Positions 44,369 through 54,571 of a stretch of DNA of 64,000 nucleotides are shown one piece after another. Within the stretch, counting starts at the first letter, position 1. Every line of letters begins with the position of its first letter. The notes below the pieces were generated by a model that did no database searches, had not been told where the DNA came from, and was given only the letters and a program-made list of their open reading frames with translations. Source of the stretch: Gemmatimonadota bacterium (GTDB lineage: Bacteria > Gemmatimonadota > Gemmatimonadetes > Gemmatimonadales > GWC2-71-9); the NCBI GenBank assembly GCA_029862925.1, contig JAOTWJ010000001.1, positions 7,099 to 71,098 of the forward strand. The letters are read 5' to 3'. The translations under genes were made by a program, and so were the position numbers.

Positions 44369-46054
44369 ATGCGTATCACCTCATTCGAGCATTCCGTCGC
44401 CAGGGTCTTGCGCCCGATGCGGCTCGACCGCATCAAGCACAAGATCGTGGCCTTTGCGCTGCTGGCTACGCTGATCCCCTCCGCGACCACCGCCTGGCTC
44501 TCCTACACGCAAAATCGGGCGGCGCTGACGGAGAAGATCGTGGAGGGCCTGCAGCGTGCCAGTCGGCAGGCCGCGCGCGAGACGGATCTGTGGCTCAAGG
44601 ATCGGATCTACGAACTGCGGGTGTTCGGCGCCTCCTACGAGGTCAGTGAGATCCTGGATCGCGGGCGCGGCGCGGCGGGGCGCCTGACCGATTACCTGCG
44701 CTCGGTGAAGGCCAAGGTCGACGACTACGGCGAACTCCAGGCGTGGTCCGTGGATGGCCGGCTCGTGGCGACGACGGCCGCCACCCCCCATCAGCTGCCG
44801 GACGAGTGGCTCGCCGACATCCGCCAGGACAAACCGGTGCTCGGTCGCCCGGTCTGGGATTCCACGCTCGGCCGCCCGATCGTCGCCCTCGCGGTGCCCG
44901 TGGCGGCCGGCGGGGGTCGGGTCGTTGGTGCGCTCACGACCACGGTCAGCCTCGGGTCCGTCGAGCGCATCCTGGCGGGGGCCGCGCCGACGGGGACCGG
45001 CACGATGCTGCTGACGCAGCCCAGCGGCCTGCTCATCACGACCGACGTGGGGTTGCGGGGCGAACTCCGCGGGCACGTCGTCCCCGAAGCGATCCTCGAG
45101 CAGCTCCAGACCGGCGACGGCACCGTCGCCAGCTACGAGGGGCTGGGCGGCGAACCCGTCCTCGGGGCCATGTCGGCGGCCCCGCAGCTTGGCTGGTCGG
45201 TCATCGCGGAGCTCCCCGAGCGCGACGCCTACGCCCCGATCCATCGGCTCCGCTCGATCACGATGCTCACGGTCGCGGCCCTGCTCGTGGGGGTCGGTCT
45301 GTTGGCCTACCTGCTCGGCTTGCTCATCGTCCGGCCGCTGACCCGGCTCACGCAGGGCGCCGGGCAGGTCGCCGATGGCAACCTCGGCGTGGACCTGCCC
45401 GTCGTGGGGGGCGGCGAGCTGTCGTATCTCACGGAGATCTTCAACGGCATGGTCGAACGGCTGCGCGAGAACAAGCACGAGCTGGACGAGCGTGCGGAGC
45501 TGTTGCGCCGGCAGAACGCCGAGCTCGAACGGCTTTCGATCACCGACGGCCTCACCGGGCTGTACAACCGCCGGCATCTCATGCAGACGCTCGACAAGGA
45601 GACCCTGCGAGCCCGCCGGCATGAGTACTCCTACGCCGTCGTAATGCTGGATGTGGACCACTTCAAGCAGTACAACGATTCCTGCGGGCACCTTGCCGGC
45701 GACGACGTCCTCACCGGAATCGCCGCCCTGCTGCGCGAGTGCATTCGGGAGGTGGATTATCCGGCGCGATACGGGGGCGAGGAGTTTCTCGTCATGCTCC
45801 CCGAGACGGACCTCGAGGAGGCCGTGCGGGTAGCCGAGCGCATCCGCGAACGCGTGCAGACCGGCTTCGCGGGCGATCCCGAGCGGCGGCCGGTAACCAC
45901 GAGCGTTGGCGTCGCCGAGTTCCCGATCCACGGCACGAACCCGGAAGCGGTCATCTCGGCAGCAGACGAAGCGCTCTACGCCGCGAAACAGCAGGGTCGG
46001 AACCGTGTCGTGGCCGCCAAGCGCGGCCCAAGGCGCGCCGTGAAGAAGGCCTGA
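44369..46054 (+). CDS. Sensor diguanylate cyclase (TM, Cache-like periplasmic domain, TM, HAMP, GGDEF)
   Basis: 561 aa with two TM segments, the HAMP segment IVRPLTRLTQGAGQVADGNL, and the GGDEF domain DGLTGLYNRR...MLDVDHFKQYNDSCGHLAGD...ARYGGEEFLVMLPE. Confidence 0.85.
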   Translation: MRITSFEHSVARVLRPMRLDRIKHKIVAFALLATLIPSATTAWLSYTQNRAALTEKIVEGLQRASRQAARETDLWLKDRIYELRVFGASYEVSEILDRGRGAAGRLTDYLRSVKAKVDDYGELQAWSVDGRLVATTAATPHQLPDEWLADIRQDKPVLGRPVWDSTLGRPIVALAVPVAAGGGRVVGALTTTVSLGSVERILAGAAPTGTGTMLLTQPSGLLITTDVGLRGELRGHVVPEAILEQLQTGDGTVASYEGLGGEPVLGAMSAAPQLGWSVIAELPERDAYAPIHRLRSITMLTVAALLVGVGLLAYLLGLLIVRPLTRLTQGAGQVADGNLGVDLPVVGGGELSYLTEIFNGMVERLRENKHELDERAELLRRQNAELERLSITDGLTGLYNRRHLMQTLDKETLRARRHEYSYAVVMLDVDHFKQYNDSCGHLAGDDVLTGIAALLRECIREVDYPARYGGEEFLVMLPETDLEEAVRVAERIRERVQTGFAGDPERRPVTTSVGVAEFPIHGTNPEAVISAADEALYAAKQQGRNRVVAAKRGPRRAVKKA

Positions 46055-46069
46055 CCGCCCGGTTTCCTG

Positions 46070-46825
46070 CTACCGGCTGGGCGGTTGGCCCTCCAGGAGT
46101 GCCCGGAAGATCCACCCGTCGCGCCCCTGCCCATCGCGGATCCGCACCCACTCCCCTGCGTGGGCAAGCCCCGTCACAGCCGCGCCCTTTTCGAGCGTCG
46201 CCACTACCGTGAAGTTGATGCCGGGCCCGTCGCGCACGTTGCTGCGCGTACCCACGACCAGCGGAACCGGCACGGCGAACTTCACCTCGCCCGGCTGCGC
46301 CACACTGGGTGCGGCACCGGCGCGCGGATCGCGGGCGGCGTCCTTCACCTGCGCCGCCAGGTAGACGGCGCCGCCGTAGTTCCGATCGGTGAACTCGGTT
46401 TGACCGAGCGCCAACATGCGCCTCGCCTGCGTGGCTCCCGCCGGATCCCGCCCCTGCATGGCTTGCACGGCCACCTCGGCTTCTGCTAGGGCCGCCGCGG
46501 CTTCGGCGCGCGTGGCCAGGGACTGGGCACGGGCCATGGACCGGACGACCTCCCGAATGGCCTCCTCCAGCCGCCGCTCGAGGCCGGCGATCTGCGCGTC
46601 CTTCTCGAGAATCTGGAGGTCGAGTGCCGCCACCCGGCGCTGCAGTTCCCGCGTTTCCGCCGTCTGCACGACGGTATCCACCAGCACGATCGTGTCCGGC
46701 GCCATGAGGATCGGTTCGGGGGGTTGTTGCACCGGAGCGCGGGACGCGCAGGCTACGAGGAGCCCCACCGACACGGACGCCGGCCCCAGGTAGCGGAGGC
46801 GGTCGATCAGTCGAGCACGCCGCAT
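46070..46825 (-). CDS. Lipoprotein with a coiled-coil region and a C-terminal bacterial SH3 domain
   Basis: Starts at MRRARLIDRLRYLGPASVSVGLLVAC (ATG 46825). A coiled coil follows (LQRRVAALDLQILEKDAQIAGLERRLEE). The C-terminal SH3_3-like segment is RSNVRDGPGINFTVVATLEKGAAVTGLAHAGEWVRIRDGQGRDGWIF. Confidence 0.65.
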   Translation of the reverse strand: MRRARLIDRLRYLGPASVSVGLLVACASRAPVQQPPEPILMAPDTIVLVDTVVQTAETRELQRRVAALDLQILEKDAQIAGLERRLEEAIREVVRSMARAQSLATRAEAAAALAEAEVAVQAMQGRDPAGATQARRMLALGQTEFTDRNYGGAVYLAAQVKDAARDPRAGAAPSVAQPGEVKFAVPVPLVVGTRSNVRDGPGINFTVVATLEKGAAVTGLAHAGEWVRIRDGQGRDGWIFRALLEGQPPSR

Positions 46826-46978
46826 GCCGTCTCCATACGATCTCCAAGAGTTCCGTAACCTCGTAGTATACGTTAGCGACGGCGCGTCGGGAAACCCGTG
46901 ACGGGTGACACCGATTGCCGGCGCGAGGGACCGGGCAGCGCAACACGGGCGCTCCGCGCCCCGTGGCCGCGCCCGCCG

Positions 46979-47008
46979 TTGCCGCCGTTTGGTGACGCTC
47001 CGTATAGT
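46979..47008 (+). promoter_or_regulatory. Possible sigma70-like promoter for aceB (TTGCCG-N18-TATAGT)
   Basis: TTGCCG lies at 46979-46984 and TATAGT at 47003-47008, 30 nt upstream of ATG 47038, with GAGGA in between. The prediction comes from hexamers only. Confidence 0.25.
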
Positions 47009-47037
47009 TCGGCGCATCGTCTCCGAGGACAACTCCC

Positions 47038-48666
47038 ATGAGCACGAAGAAACGCGCCCCGCGACGCCCGCGCCCGACGCGCCCCGCGCCGGCGTCCGGT
47101 CTGCGGCTCACGACCCCGCCAACCGGCCCCCAGGCGAAAGTGCTGAGCACGCCGGCCCTGCGATTTCTGACCGAGCTGCACCGCGAGTTCGAGCCCCGTC
47201 GCCGCGATCTGTTGGAGCGGCGCGCGGCGGCCCGGGCTGCGATCAAGGGCGGCGCCATGCCCGATTTCGCCCCGGACACGCGGACGATCCGTGAGGGCGA
47301 CTGGACGGTCGCCGCCATCCCCCGCGATCTCCAGGACCGCCGCGTCGAGATCACGGGTCCGGTGGATCGCAAGATGGTGATCAACGCCCTCAACTCCGGC
47401 GCGTCGGTGTACATGGCGGACTTCGAGGACGCCAACAGCCCCACGTGGGCCAACAACGTCGATGGGCAGATCAACCTGCGTGACGCGGTCCGCCGCACGA
47501 TCACGTTCACCAACCCCCAGGGCAAGCGCTATGCGCTCAACCCGACGACCGCCGTGCTGTTCGTGCGGCCGCGCGGGTGGCACCTGCTCGAGCGCCACTG
47601 CCTCGTGGACGGCGATCCCATCTCTGGCTCCCTGTTCGACTTCGGGTTGTTCTTCTTCCACAATGCGCAGGAGCAGCTCGAGCGGGGGTCGGGCCCGTAC
47701 TTCTACCTGCCGAAGCTCGAGCACGCGGCCGAGGCCCGCCTGTGGAACGACGTCTTCGTCTTCGCGCAGGACGCGGTCGGCGTACCGCGGGGGAGCATCC
47801 GGGCCACGGTGCTCATCGAGAACATCCTGGCGTCCTTCCAGATGCACGAGATTCTGTGGGAGCTGCGCGACCACTCCGCCGGGCTCAACTGCGGTCGGTG
47901 GGACTACATCTTCAGCTTCATCAAGACCTTCGCGGATCGGGAGGCCTTCGTCCTGCCCGATCGCGACCAGGTCACCATGAACCGGCACTTCCTGAGTTCG
48001 TATGTCGACCTCCTGATCCAGACCTGCCACCGACGGCGCATCCACGCCATGGGCGGTATGGCCGCCCAGATCCCCATCAAGGGCGATTCCACCGCCAACG
48101 CACGGGCGATCGAGAAGGTGCGCCAGGACAAGCTGCGCGAAGTCCGAGCGGGCCACGACGGCACCTGGGTAGCGCACCCCGGGCTCGTCCCCATCGCCAA
48201 GGCGATCTTCGACGAGCACATGCCGCAGCCCAACCAGATCGACCGGACTCGCGCCGAGGTGCGAATCGCGCCGGCCGACCTGCTCGCCGTTCCGGACGGG
48301 ACGGTCACGGCCGCTGGATTGCGACACAACGTGGATGTCGGCGTCCGCTACCTGGAGGCCTGGCTCCGCGGCAGTGGCTGCGTGCCGATCTACGATCTCA
48401 TGGAGGATGCGGCGACCTCCGAAATCTCCCGTACGCAGGTCTGGCAGTGGATGCGGCATCGGGTGCCGCTCGACGATGGCCGGGCGGTCAACGCCGCGTT
48501 GGTCCGCGCCACGGTCCGGGACGTGCTGGGGAGTCTCAAGGCGGAGCTCGGCCGCGGGTATGCCAAGACCCAGTTCCCGCTGGCCGCCACGCTGTTCGAG
48601 CAGCTCATGACGGCCCCGGATTGCCCCGAGTGGCTGACCCTGGTGGCCTACGACCACATCGACTGA
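47038..48666 (+). CDS. aceB: Malate synthase A
   Basis: 542 aa with [61 protein letters not shown] and DGTWVAHPG. Confidence 0.92.
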   Translation: MSTKKRAPRRPRPTRPAPASGLRLTTPPTGPQAKVLSTPALRFLTELHREFEPRRRDLLERRAAARAAIKGGAMPDFAPDTRTIREGDWTVAAIPRDLQDRRVEITGPVDRKMVINALNSGASVYMADFEDANSPTWANNVDGQINLRDAVRRTITFTNPQGKRYALNPTTAVLFVRPRGWHLLERHCLVDGDPISGSLFDFGLFFFHNAQEQLERGSGPYFYLPKLEHAAEARLWNDVFVFAQDAVGVPRGSIRATVLIENILASFQMHEILWELRDHSAGLNCGRWDYIFSFIKTFADREAFVLPDRDQVTMNRHFLSSYVDLLIQTCHRRRIHAMGGMAAQIPIKGDSTANARAIEKVRQDKLREVRAGHDGTWVAHPGLVPIAKAIFDEHMPQPNQIDRTRAEVRIAPADLLAVPDGTVTAAGLRHNVDVGVRYLEAWLRGSGCVPIYDLMEDAATSEISRTQVWQWMRHRVPLDDGRAVNAALVRATVRDVLGSLKAELGRGYAKTQFPLAATLFEQLMTAPDCPEWLTLVAYDHID

Positions 48667-48670
48667 CCGT

Positions 48671-49972
48671 ATGGAGCCTACGACCATGCCGAAGCGTGCG
48701 TTTGTGACCGAGTTGGAACGGCGGTGGACATCCGATCCGCGGTGGAAGGGCATCACGCGCCCGTACTCAGCCGAGGACGTCTGGCGGCTGCGGGGCACTG
48801 TCCAGATCGATCATACTCTGGCCCGCCGCGGTGCCGCACGCCTGTGGCAGGTGCTGCACGACGAACCCTATGTGGCCGTCCTGAGTGCCGTGACCGGGAA
48901 CCAGGCAATCCAGGAGGTCCAGGCCGGCCTCCAGGCCATCTACCTCTCCGGCTGGCAGGTCGCCGGCGACGCCAACACGATCGGGGAGGTCTACCCCGAC
49001 CAGAGTCTGTATCCCGCCGACGGCGCTCCCGCGCTGGTCCGGCGGCTCAACAACGCCCTGCTGCGGGCCGATCAGGTGCATCACCAGCGGGGCGAGCACA
49101 CCATCGAATGGGTGGTCCCGATCGTCGCGGACGCCGAAGCGGGCTTTGGGGGGCTGCTCAACGCGTTCGAATTGATGAAGCACCTGATCGAAGCCGGGGC
49201 GGCGGGCGTGCATCTCGAAGACCAGCTCGCCTCGCTCAAGAAGTGCGGGCACCTCGGTGGCAAGGTCCTGGTACCGACCAGCGAGTTCATCAACAAGCTG
49301 GTGTCCGCACGGCTTGCGGCGGATGTCGCGGGGGTGGACACCGTGCTGATCGCCCGCACGGACGCGCTCAGTGCCACGATCCTCGCGAACGACATCGACC
49401 CCTACGACCGGCCGTTCCTCACGGGCGAGCGCACGCCGGAGGGCTTCGACCACGTGCGGAGCGGGATCGAGCAGGCCATCGCGCGCGGGCTCGCCTACGC
49501 GCCGTACGCCGATCTGCTCTGGTTCGAAACCTCCCGGCCGGATCTCGACGAAGCCCGGCAGTTCGCAGCGGCGATCCACGCGAAGTTCCCCGGCAAGCTT
49601 CTATCGTACAACTGCTCACCGTCGTTCAACTGGAAGCGCCATCTGTCGGACGCCCAGATCGCGAGCTTTCAGAAGGATCTCGGCGCCCTGGGGTACAAGT
49701 TCCAGTTCGTCACGCTCTCGGGCTTCCACGCGTTGAACTACGGGATGTTCGAGTTGGCTCACGCCTACCGCGAGCGGGGGATGGCCGCCTACTCCGCCTT
49801 GCAGGAACGGGAGTTCGCCGCCGAATCGCAGGGGTATGAGGCCGTCAAGCACCAGCAGTTCGTCGGCGCCGGGTACTTCGACGATATCACCACGACCGTC
49901 ACGCAGGGCCGTTCCTCCGTGCTGGCCATGCATGGCTCGACCGAAGAGGAGCAGTTCGACCAGACGGCCTAG
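48671..49972 (+). CDS. aceA: Isocitrate lyase
   Basis: 433 aa with [21 protein letters not shown], the catalytic [14 protein letters not shown] and YNCSPSFNW. It starts 4 nt after the aceB stop. Confidence 0.95.
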   Translation: MEPTTMPKRAFVTELERRWTSDPRWKGITRPYSAEDVWRLRGTVQIDHTLARRGAARLWQVLHDEPYVAVLSAVTGNQAIQEVQAGLQAIYLSGWQVAGDANTIGEVYPDQSLYPADGAPALVRRLNNALLRADQVHHQRGEHTIEWVVPIVADAEAGFGGLLNAFELMKHLIEAGAAGVHLEDQLASLKKCGHLGGKVLVPTSEFINKLVSARLAADVAGVDTVLIARTDALSATILANDIDPYDRPFLTGERTPEGFDHVRSGIEQAIARGLAYAPYADLLWFETSRPDLDEARQFAAAIHAKFPGKLLSYNCSPSFNWKRHLSDAQIASFQKDLGALGYKFQFVTLSGFHALNYGMFELAHAYRERGMAAYSALQEREFAAESQGYEAVKHQQFVGAGYFDDITTTVTQGRSSVLAMHGSTEEEQFDQTA

Positions 49973-51693
49973 CGCGGGGGCACCGCCTGCCGATAGGGGT
50001 AGATATCCACGATCTCCCCGGCAACGAGCCGCGCTTGGAGGTCGTGCCAGAAGGCCGTCGTATACAGGGTGTCGTGCGCCCGGAGAAACGCTTTGCGCAA
50101 CGGGCCGGCAAAGGGAATGAAGCGTCCCAACTCGGCGGGGAACACGTCGTCCGGCCCCACGTGATACCAGGGCTCGTCGGAGAGCTCGTCTTCCGGATAG
50201 CGCGGCGGCGGGACGTCGCGGAATTGACACTCCGTCAGCAGCCGCAGCTCGTCGTAATCGTAGAAGACGACCCGGCCGTGGCGGGTCACGCCGAAGTTCT
50301 TGAGCAGGAAATCGCCCGGAAACACGTTGGTCGCGGCGAGATCGCGGATGGACTGCCCGTAGTCGAGCACGACCCGCAGGGCGTCGGGCTCCTCGGCGTC
50401 CTGGAGGTAGAGATCGAGCGGGCGTACCCGTCGTTCGGTGTACACATGGTCGATGACGATGGCATCGCCGTCTTCGCGCACGGTGCGCGACGCCGTGTCC
50501 AGCAGCTCGGTGAGTAGCGCGCGGCCAAAGCGCGCCTTGGGAAAGGACAGCCCCTCGAAGCTCTGGGCGTCGACCAGTCGGCCCGCCCGATCGTGCGAGA
50601 ACACCATCTCATAGCGTCGTTTCACCTCACCCGGGGTTGTCTGCTTCGGCGCGCCAAAAGTGTCACGGATCACTTTGAACACCGCGTCGAACGACGGGAG
50701 GGTGAAGACCGCCATCACGAGTCCGGGAGACCCGGGGGCGATTTCGAATCGCTCGTCGTTGCGCCGCAGGTGCCGCTGCAGCTCACGGTAGAACTCGGTC
50801 TTGCCGTGCTTGTTGTAGCCCAGCGCGCTGTACAGCTCGCCGACGGGCTTGACGGGCATGACGGATCGCAGGAACTCGATCGTCTCGGCGGGCTGGGCGA
50901 CATCGGCGTGGAAGTACGACCGCGTGAAGCTGAACACGACGCTCACGTCCGCCTCGGCGCAAAGCACCGCGTCCACGACGATCCCGCGTGAACCGTGCAC
51001 CAGGGCCAGCACGAGCGGCATGATGCGGTTGGCGCCGCGCGCGCGGCCAACGAGGTACGCGCCCTTTCGTCGGTAGAACACGGACTCGAGCACGTCGAAA
51101 TGCTCGATCGTGATCGGCGCTTGGCCGGCGGCCCAGGCCCGCGCGACCTCGGCGGCCACGCGGCGGGCATCCCCCGGAAGATCGGCGAACGCCGCCGCGA
51201 ACCGGCAGTCGTCCAGCATCCGGTGCACGGTCGCCTCTGCATCAGGATCGACGCGATACGTCCGGATGGGGTGCAGGGCAAGCGGGGAGGGCACGCGCTC
51301 GAAGAGATAATCGAGGTATTCGACCGCCGGGTTGACGCCGACCGTGCGGAAGATCCGCCGCGTCACGGAGTTGAAGAACGTCTCGGCGACCTCACCGGCG
51401 GGATGCCCGGCGACGCGCTCCGAGTAGACCGTGCGCACGGCGCCCCACAGCGGCTCCTCCCGCTCCCGGTCCCCCAGCGCGCGTCGCACATGCGTCACGA
51501 CCTCACCCACCACGCGCTCGTAGAGGTCCAGCCGCTCGCGGGCATCCATGAGCGAACCCTGCCAATCACGCCGCTCGAAGCGCGGTTTCCCCCGGCGCGT
51601 GATCGCGAGGAACGTCTCGTGGTAACGATCGAAGCCGGCGCGGATCGCGTCCGCGCCGCTGACCGCGTGGGGGTTCCGAATGCCGGGTGCCAT
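49969..51693 (-). CDS. aceK: Isocitrate dehydrogenase kinase/phosphatase
   Basis: 574 aa with [94 protein letters not shown], and a Y-containing C-terminus. Confidence 0.9.
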   Translation of the reverse strand: MAPGIRNPHAVSGADAIRAGFDRYHETFLAITRRGKPRFERRDWQGSLMDARERLDLYERVVGEVVTHVRRALGDREREEPLWGAVRTVYSERVAGHPAGEVAETFFNSVTRRIFRTVGVNPAVEYLDYLFERVPSPLALHPIRTYRVDPDAEATVHRMLDDCRFAAAFADLPGDARRVAAEVARAWAAGQAPITIEHFDVLESVFYRRKGAYLVGRARGANRIMPLVLALVHGSRGIVVDAVLCAEADVSVVFSFTRSYFHADVAQPAETIEFLRSVMPVKPVGELYSALGYNKHGKTEFYRELQRHLRRNDERFEIAPGSPGLVMAVFTLPSFDAVFKVIRDTFGAPKQTTPGEVKRRYEMVFSHDRAGRLVDAQSFEGLSFPKARFGRALLTELLDTASRTVREDGDAIVIDHVYTERRVRPLDLYLQDAEEPDALRVVLDYGQSIRDLAATNVFPGDFLLKNFGVTRHGRVVFYDYDELRLLTECQFRDVPPPRYPEDELSDEPWYHVGPDDVFPAELGRFIPFAGPLRKAFLRAHDTLYTTAFWHDLQARLVAGEIVDIYPYRQAVPPR

Positions 51694-51759
51694 CTGTCAG
51701 AGCCTACCCTGCTCCCGGAGGATGCCAGCCGCGCGCTAGAGGAGTCGCGACGGCGGCCC

Positions 51760-52299
51760 TCAGCGCTTCAGTTTGTCGACGAACACCTTGCGGGCCTTGG
51801 CGACCTTCGGCGCGACGACGACCTGACAGTATCCCCGCGCGGGGTTCCGCCGAAAGTAGTCGTCGTGGGAGGGATCTGCCGGATAGAACACGTCCAACGG
51901 GGCCACCTGGGTCACGATGGGGTCGTCCCACAGCTCCCCGGTCCCGAGCTCGGCAAGGACACCTTCGGCCACCGCCCGTTGCTCGGACGAATGCGTGAAG
52001 ATGACCGACCGGTATTGCGACCCGAAGTCGGCCCCCTGGCGGTCGACCGTCGTGGGGTCGTGGATCGTGAAGAAGACGTCGAGCAGCTCGCGGTAGGAGA
52101 TCACGTCCGGATCGAACGTGACCTGTACGACCTCCGCGTGCCCGGTCGTCCCAGTACAGACGAACTCGTACGACGGGTTGGGGACGTGGCCGCCGGCATA
52201 GCCGGACTTGGTCGCCACGACCCCCTGGAGCTCGTCGAACACCGCTTCCAGACACCAGAAGCAGCCACCGCCGAGGGTGGCAAGCTCCGTCCTTGCCAT
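51760..52299 (-). CDS. msrA: Peptide-methionine (S)-S-oxide reductase
   Basis: 179 aa with ATLGGGCFWCLEAVF, GYAGG, TGHAEVVQVTFDP and HDPTT.DRQG.D.G.QYRS. Confidence 0.92.
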   Translation of the reverse strand: MARTELATLGGGCFWCLEAVFDELQGVVATKSGYAGGHVPNPSYEFVCTGTTGHAEVVQVTFDPDVISYRELLDVFFTIHDPTTVDRQGADFGSQYRSVIFTHSSEQRAVAEGVLAELGTGELWDDPIVTQVAPLDVFYPADPSHDDYFRRNPARGYCQVVVAPKVAKARKVFVDKLKR

Positions 52300-52317
52300 T
52301 GAGACCTCGCTCTCCTG

Positions 52318-54534
52318 TCAGGGCGTCGGCGTGGGCCGTTCGCGCCGCACGCCCGCTATCACACCTTCCAAACGCGGATCGGTTTCCAGGGTTTCCAGGT
52401 CCGCCGGGAGCCGTCGCCGCCAGTTGGGGTACTGCTCGACGGTCCCCGGTACGTTCACCTGATCGACCTGTCCCAGGACGTCTTCGAGTTGGACCGTGAG
52501 CACCTGTGCGGGACACCGCGCCAGGAAGCGGTAGATCGCCACCACGAGCTCGGGGGGAACCCCGTCGGCGGTGCTCGGATCGACGCCCGCCGGCGCCAAG
52601 CCCTCCCCGGTCAGCGCGGCCAGGGCGCGCGCGCGGTCATCCGGGCGGGCGGCCTCCTGCCGGTGCCGCCGGGCCTCGTCCGGGAACAGCTGGAGGGCGG
52701 CCCGAACGGCCAGATCGCGACCGAGCCACCAGCCCGGGAGGGTGGGCAGATCGTGGGTCGTCACGGCCACGAGCGCCTGAGCCGGATACGCCGACGGCGG
52801 CAGGAACGCGCCGTCGGCATCACGACTGAAGTAGAACAACCGATACGACAGCACCCCCAGCGCGGCTAACTCGGCCCGCACCTCATCGGGAACGGTCCCG
52901 AGATCCTCGCCGACGACCGCGCACGCGTTCCGACGGCTCTCCAACGCCAGCACCCCGAGCAGGTCCGCGAAGGGGTACTGCACGTAGGCGCCGTCCCGCG
53001 CACTGCCGCCAGCCGGGATCCAGAACGTGCGCTGGAGCGCCATGACGTGATCGAGCCGTACGGCTCCCGCGTGGCGCATGTTGGCGCGCAACGCTTCGAT
53101 GACGGGCGCGTAGGCGGTGTCCCGCAGTCGCCCTGGCACCATGGGCGACAGCCCCCAATCCTGGCCGTCGAGGTTGAAGTCGTCGGGGGGCGCGCCCAGG
53201 CTGGCCCCCCGGGCAAACAGCCCTCGGCCGGCCCACGCGTCGAACCCCGCTTGATCCACGCTCACGGCGACGTCGAGGTACAGCCCGACCGTCGCCCCCC
53301 GCTCCCGGGCGCGGCGCGCGGCGGCGCCGAGCTGCAGGCCGCATTGCCACTGCAACCACTCGTAGAACTCCACTCGGTTCCGCCGGCTCGCCGCGAACGC
53401 CGTGACGGCCGGCCCCTCCGGATCCTGGTAGGCATCGGGCCACTCCGGCCACGACCGGACGGGTGGATCCTGCGACCGGAAGTGCTCGGCCAGCGCCTCG
53501 AACACGGCGTAGCGCCGCAACGCCGGTCCCCGCTCGACGCGAAACCGATCGAACGCCGCCGCCCGCTCCGCCCCGCTGGTCAGTTGCCGCTCGCGAAAAT
53601 GCCGGTACAACGCCTCCAGCACCGGCTGTTTCAGGGCGGCGACGGCCGCATAGTCGATCTCGTCGGCGGCGCGCACCGCCGCGAGTCGCGCGCGAAACCC
53701 CTCCGACGCCACGTCGGCTTGCACGGCGGTACACTCGGCGAATTCCGGTGTCGCCTCGACGTCGAGGTGCAGCGGGTTCCAGAACGCGCGACTCGACGCG
53801 CTGTACGGGCTGGCGTGCCGCGGCTCGCCGGGGAACAGCGCGTGCAGCGGGCTCACGCCGACCAGGGCGGCGCCGCGGGCCACGCAGAGGTCCACGACAG
53901 CGGCCAGATCGGTGAAATCCCCGATCCCCCAACTGCGTCGCGAGCGCACGGCATAGAGCTGGACTGCGGGACCCCAGACGCGCGGCGGCCCGCCGGACGC
54001 ACCGAGCGGGAAACACGCGGCCGGCGCCACGATCACGGTCGTGCGGAATCCCGCGTCCGCGTCGTTCTCGCCCGGGTGCACGTGCAGCACGTGATACCCT
54101 TGCGGCGGGACGAGCGGAAGCTGCCACGCCAGCCGGACGATCTCCTCGCCGTCGGCATGCCCGCGCTGCGTGACGGGGAGCGCGTCGGGCGCCACGGTGC
54201 CGGCGTGCTTCGTGCCGTCTTCCAGCCCCAGCGTCCACGTGAGCGGCGTCGCGAGACGCGCAACCGGCACCGCGAGGGGCACGGTCACGGCGGCCAGCGG
54301 CTCGCGCACCACCAGCACCGGCGGCGTGACGCGGAGCCACTCGGCGGCGTCGAGCCGCTCGAGCGATGCCGCCGCCTCCTCCTCCGAGCCCGCGGCCTCG
54401 CCCATGCTCGCGAGCAGCCCACGGCAGGTCGCATCGGACACCCGGTGGACCGAGCCCCAGATGTCGTGATAGTCCAGCCGGATGCCGCATCGCTCGGCCA
54501 GACGGGCCAGCGCCGACGGCCCACTCACGGGCAC
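52318..54534 (-). CDS. malQ: 4-alpha-glucanotransferase (GH77 amylomaltase) with an N-terminal extension domain
   Basis: It contains WGIGDFTDL, GVSPLHALFP, SPYSASSR.FWNP, RLDHVMAL.R.FWIP, VGEDLGTVPDEV and THD.PT. The start is set at GTG 54534/54528, just after the glgB stop (54572). The upstream part of track ORF 52318-54693 overlaps glgB. Confidence 0.85.
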   Translation of the reverse strand: MPVSGPSALARLAERCGIRLDYHDIWGSVHRVSDATCRGLLASMGEAAGSEEEAAASLERLDAAEWLRVTPPVLVVREPLAAVTVPLAVPVARLATPLTWTLGLEDGTKHAGTVAPDALPVTQRGHADGEEIVRLAWQLPLVPPQGYHVLHVHPGENDADAGFRTTVIVAPAACFPLGASGGPPRVWGPAVQLYAVRSRRSWGIGDFTDLAAVVDLCVARGAALVGVSPLHALFPGEPRHASPYSASSRAFWNPLHLDVEATPEFAECTAVQADVASEGFRARLAAVRAADEIDYAAVAALKQPVLEALYRHFRERQLTSGAERAAAFDRFRVERGPALRRYAVFEALAEHFRSQDPPVRSWPEWPDAYQDPEGPAVTAFAASRRNRVEFYEWLQWQCGLQLGAAARRARERGATVGLYLDVAVSVDQAGFDAWAGRGLFARGASLGAPPDDFNLDGQDWGLSPMVPGRLRDTAYAPVIEALRANMRHAGAVRLDHVMALQRTFWIPAGGSARDGAYVQYPFADLLGVLALESRRNACAVVGEDLGTVPDEVRAELAALGVLSYRLFYFSRDADGAFLPPSAYPAQALVAVTTHDLPTLPGWWLGRDLAVRAALQLFPDEARRHRQEAARPDDRARALAALTGEGLAPAGVDPSTADGVPPELVVAIYRFLARCPAQVLTVQLEDVLGQVDQVNVPGTVEQYPNWRRRLPADLETLETDPRLEGVIAGVRRERPTPTP

Positions 54535-54571
54535 CCCCCGGTCCGCACCTGCCGCTGTCGCACCGCGTCGG

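Noticed and set aside
44381-48798. 516-aa (44381-45931, -) and 641-aa (46873-48798, -) ORFs
   Set aside because: They are antisense to the GGDEF sensor and malate synthase, and nothing recognisable is encoded.
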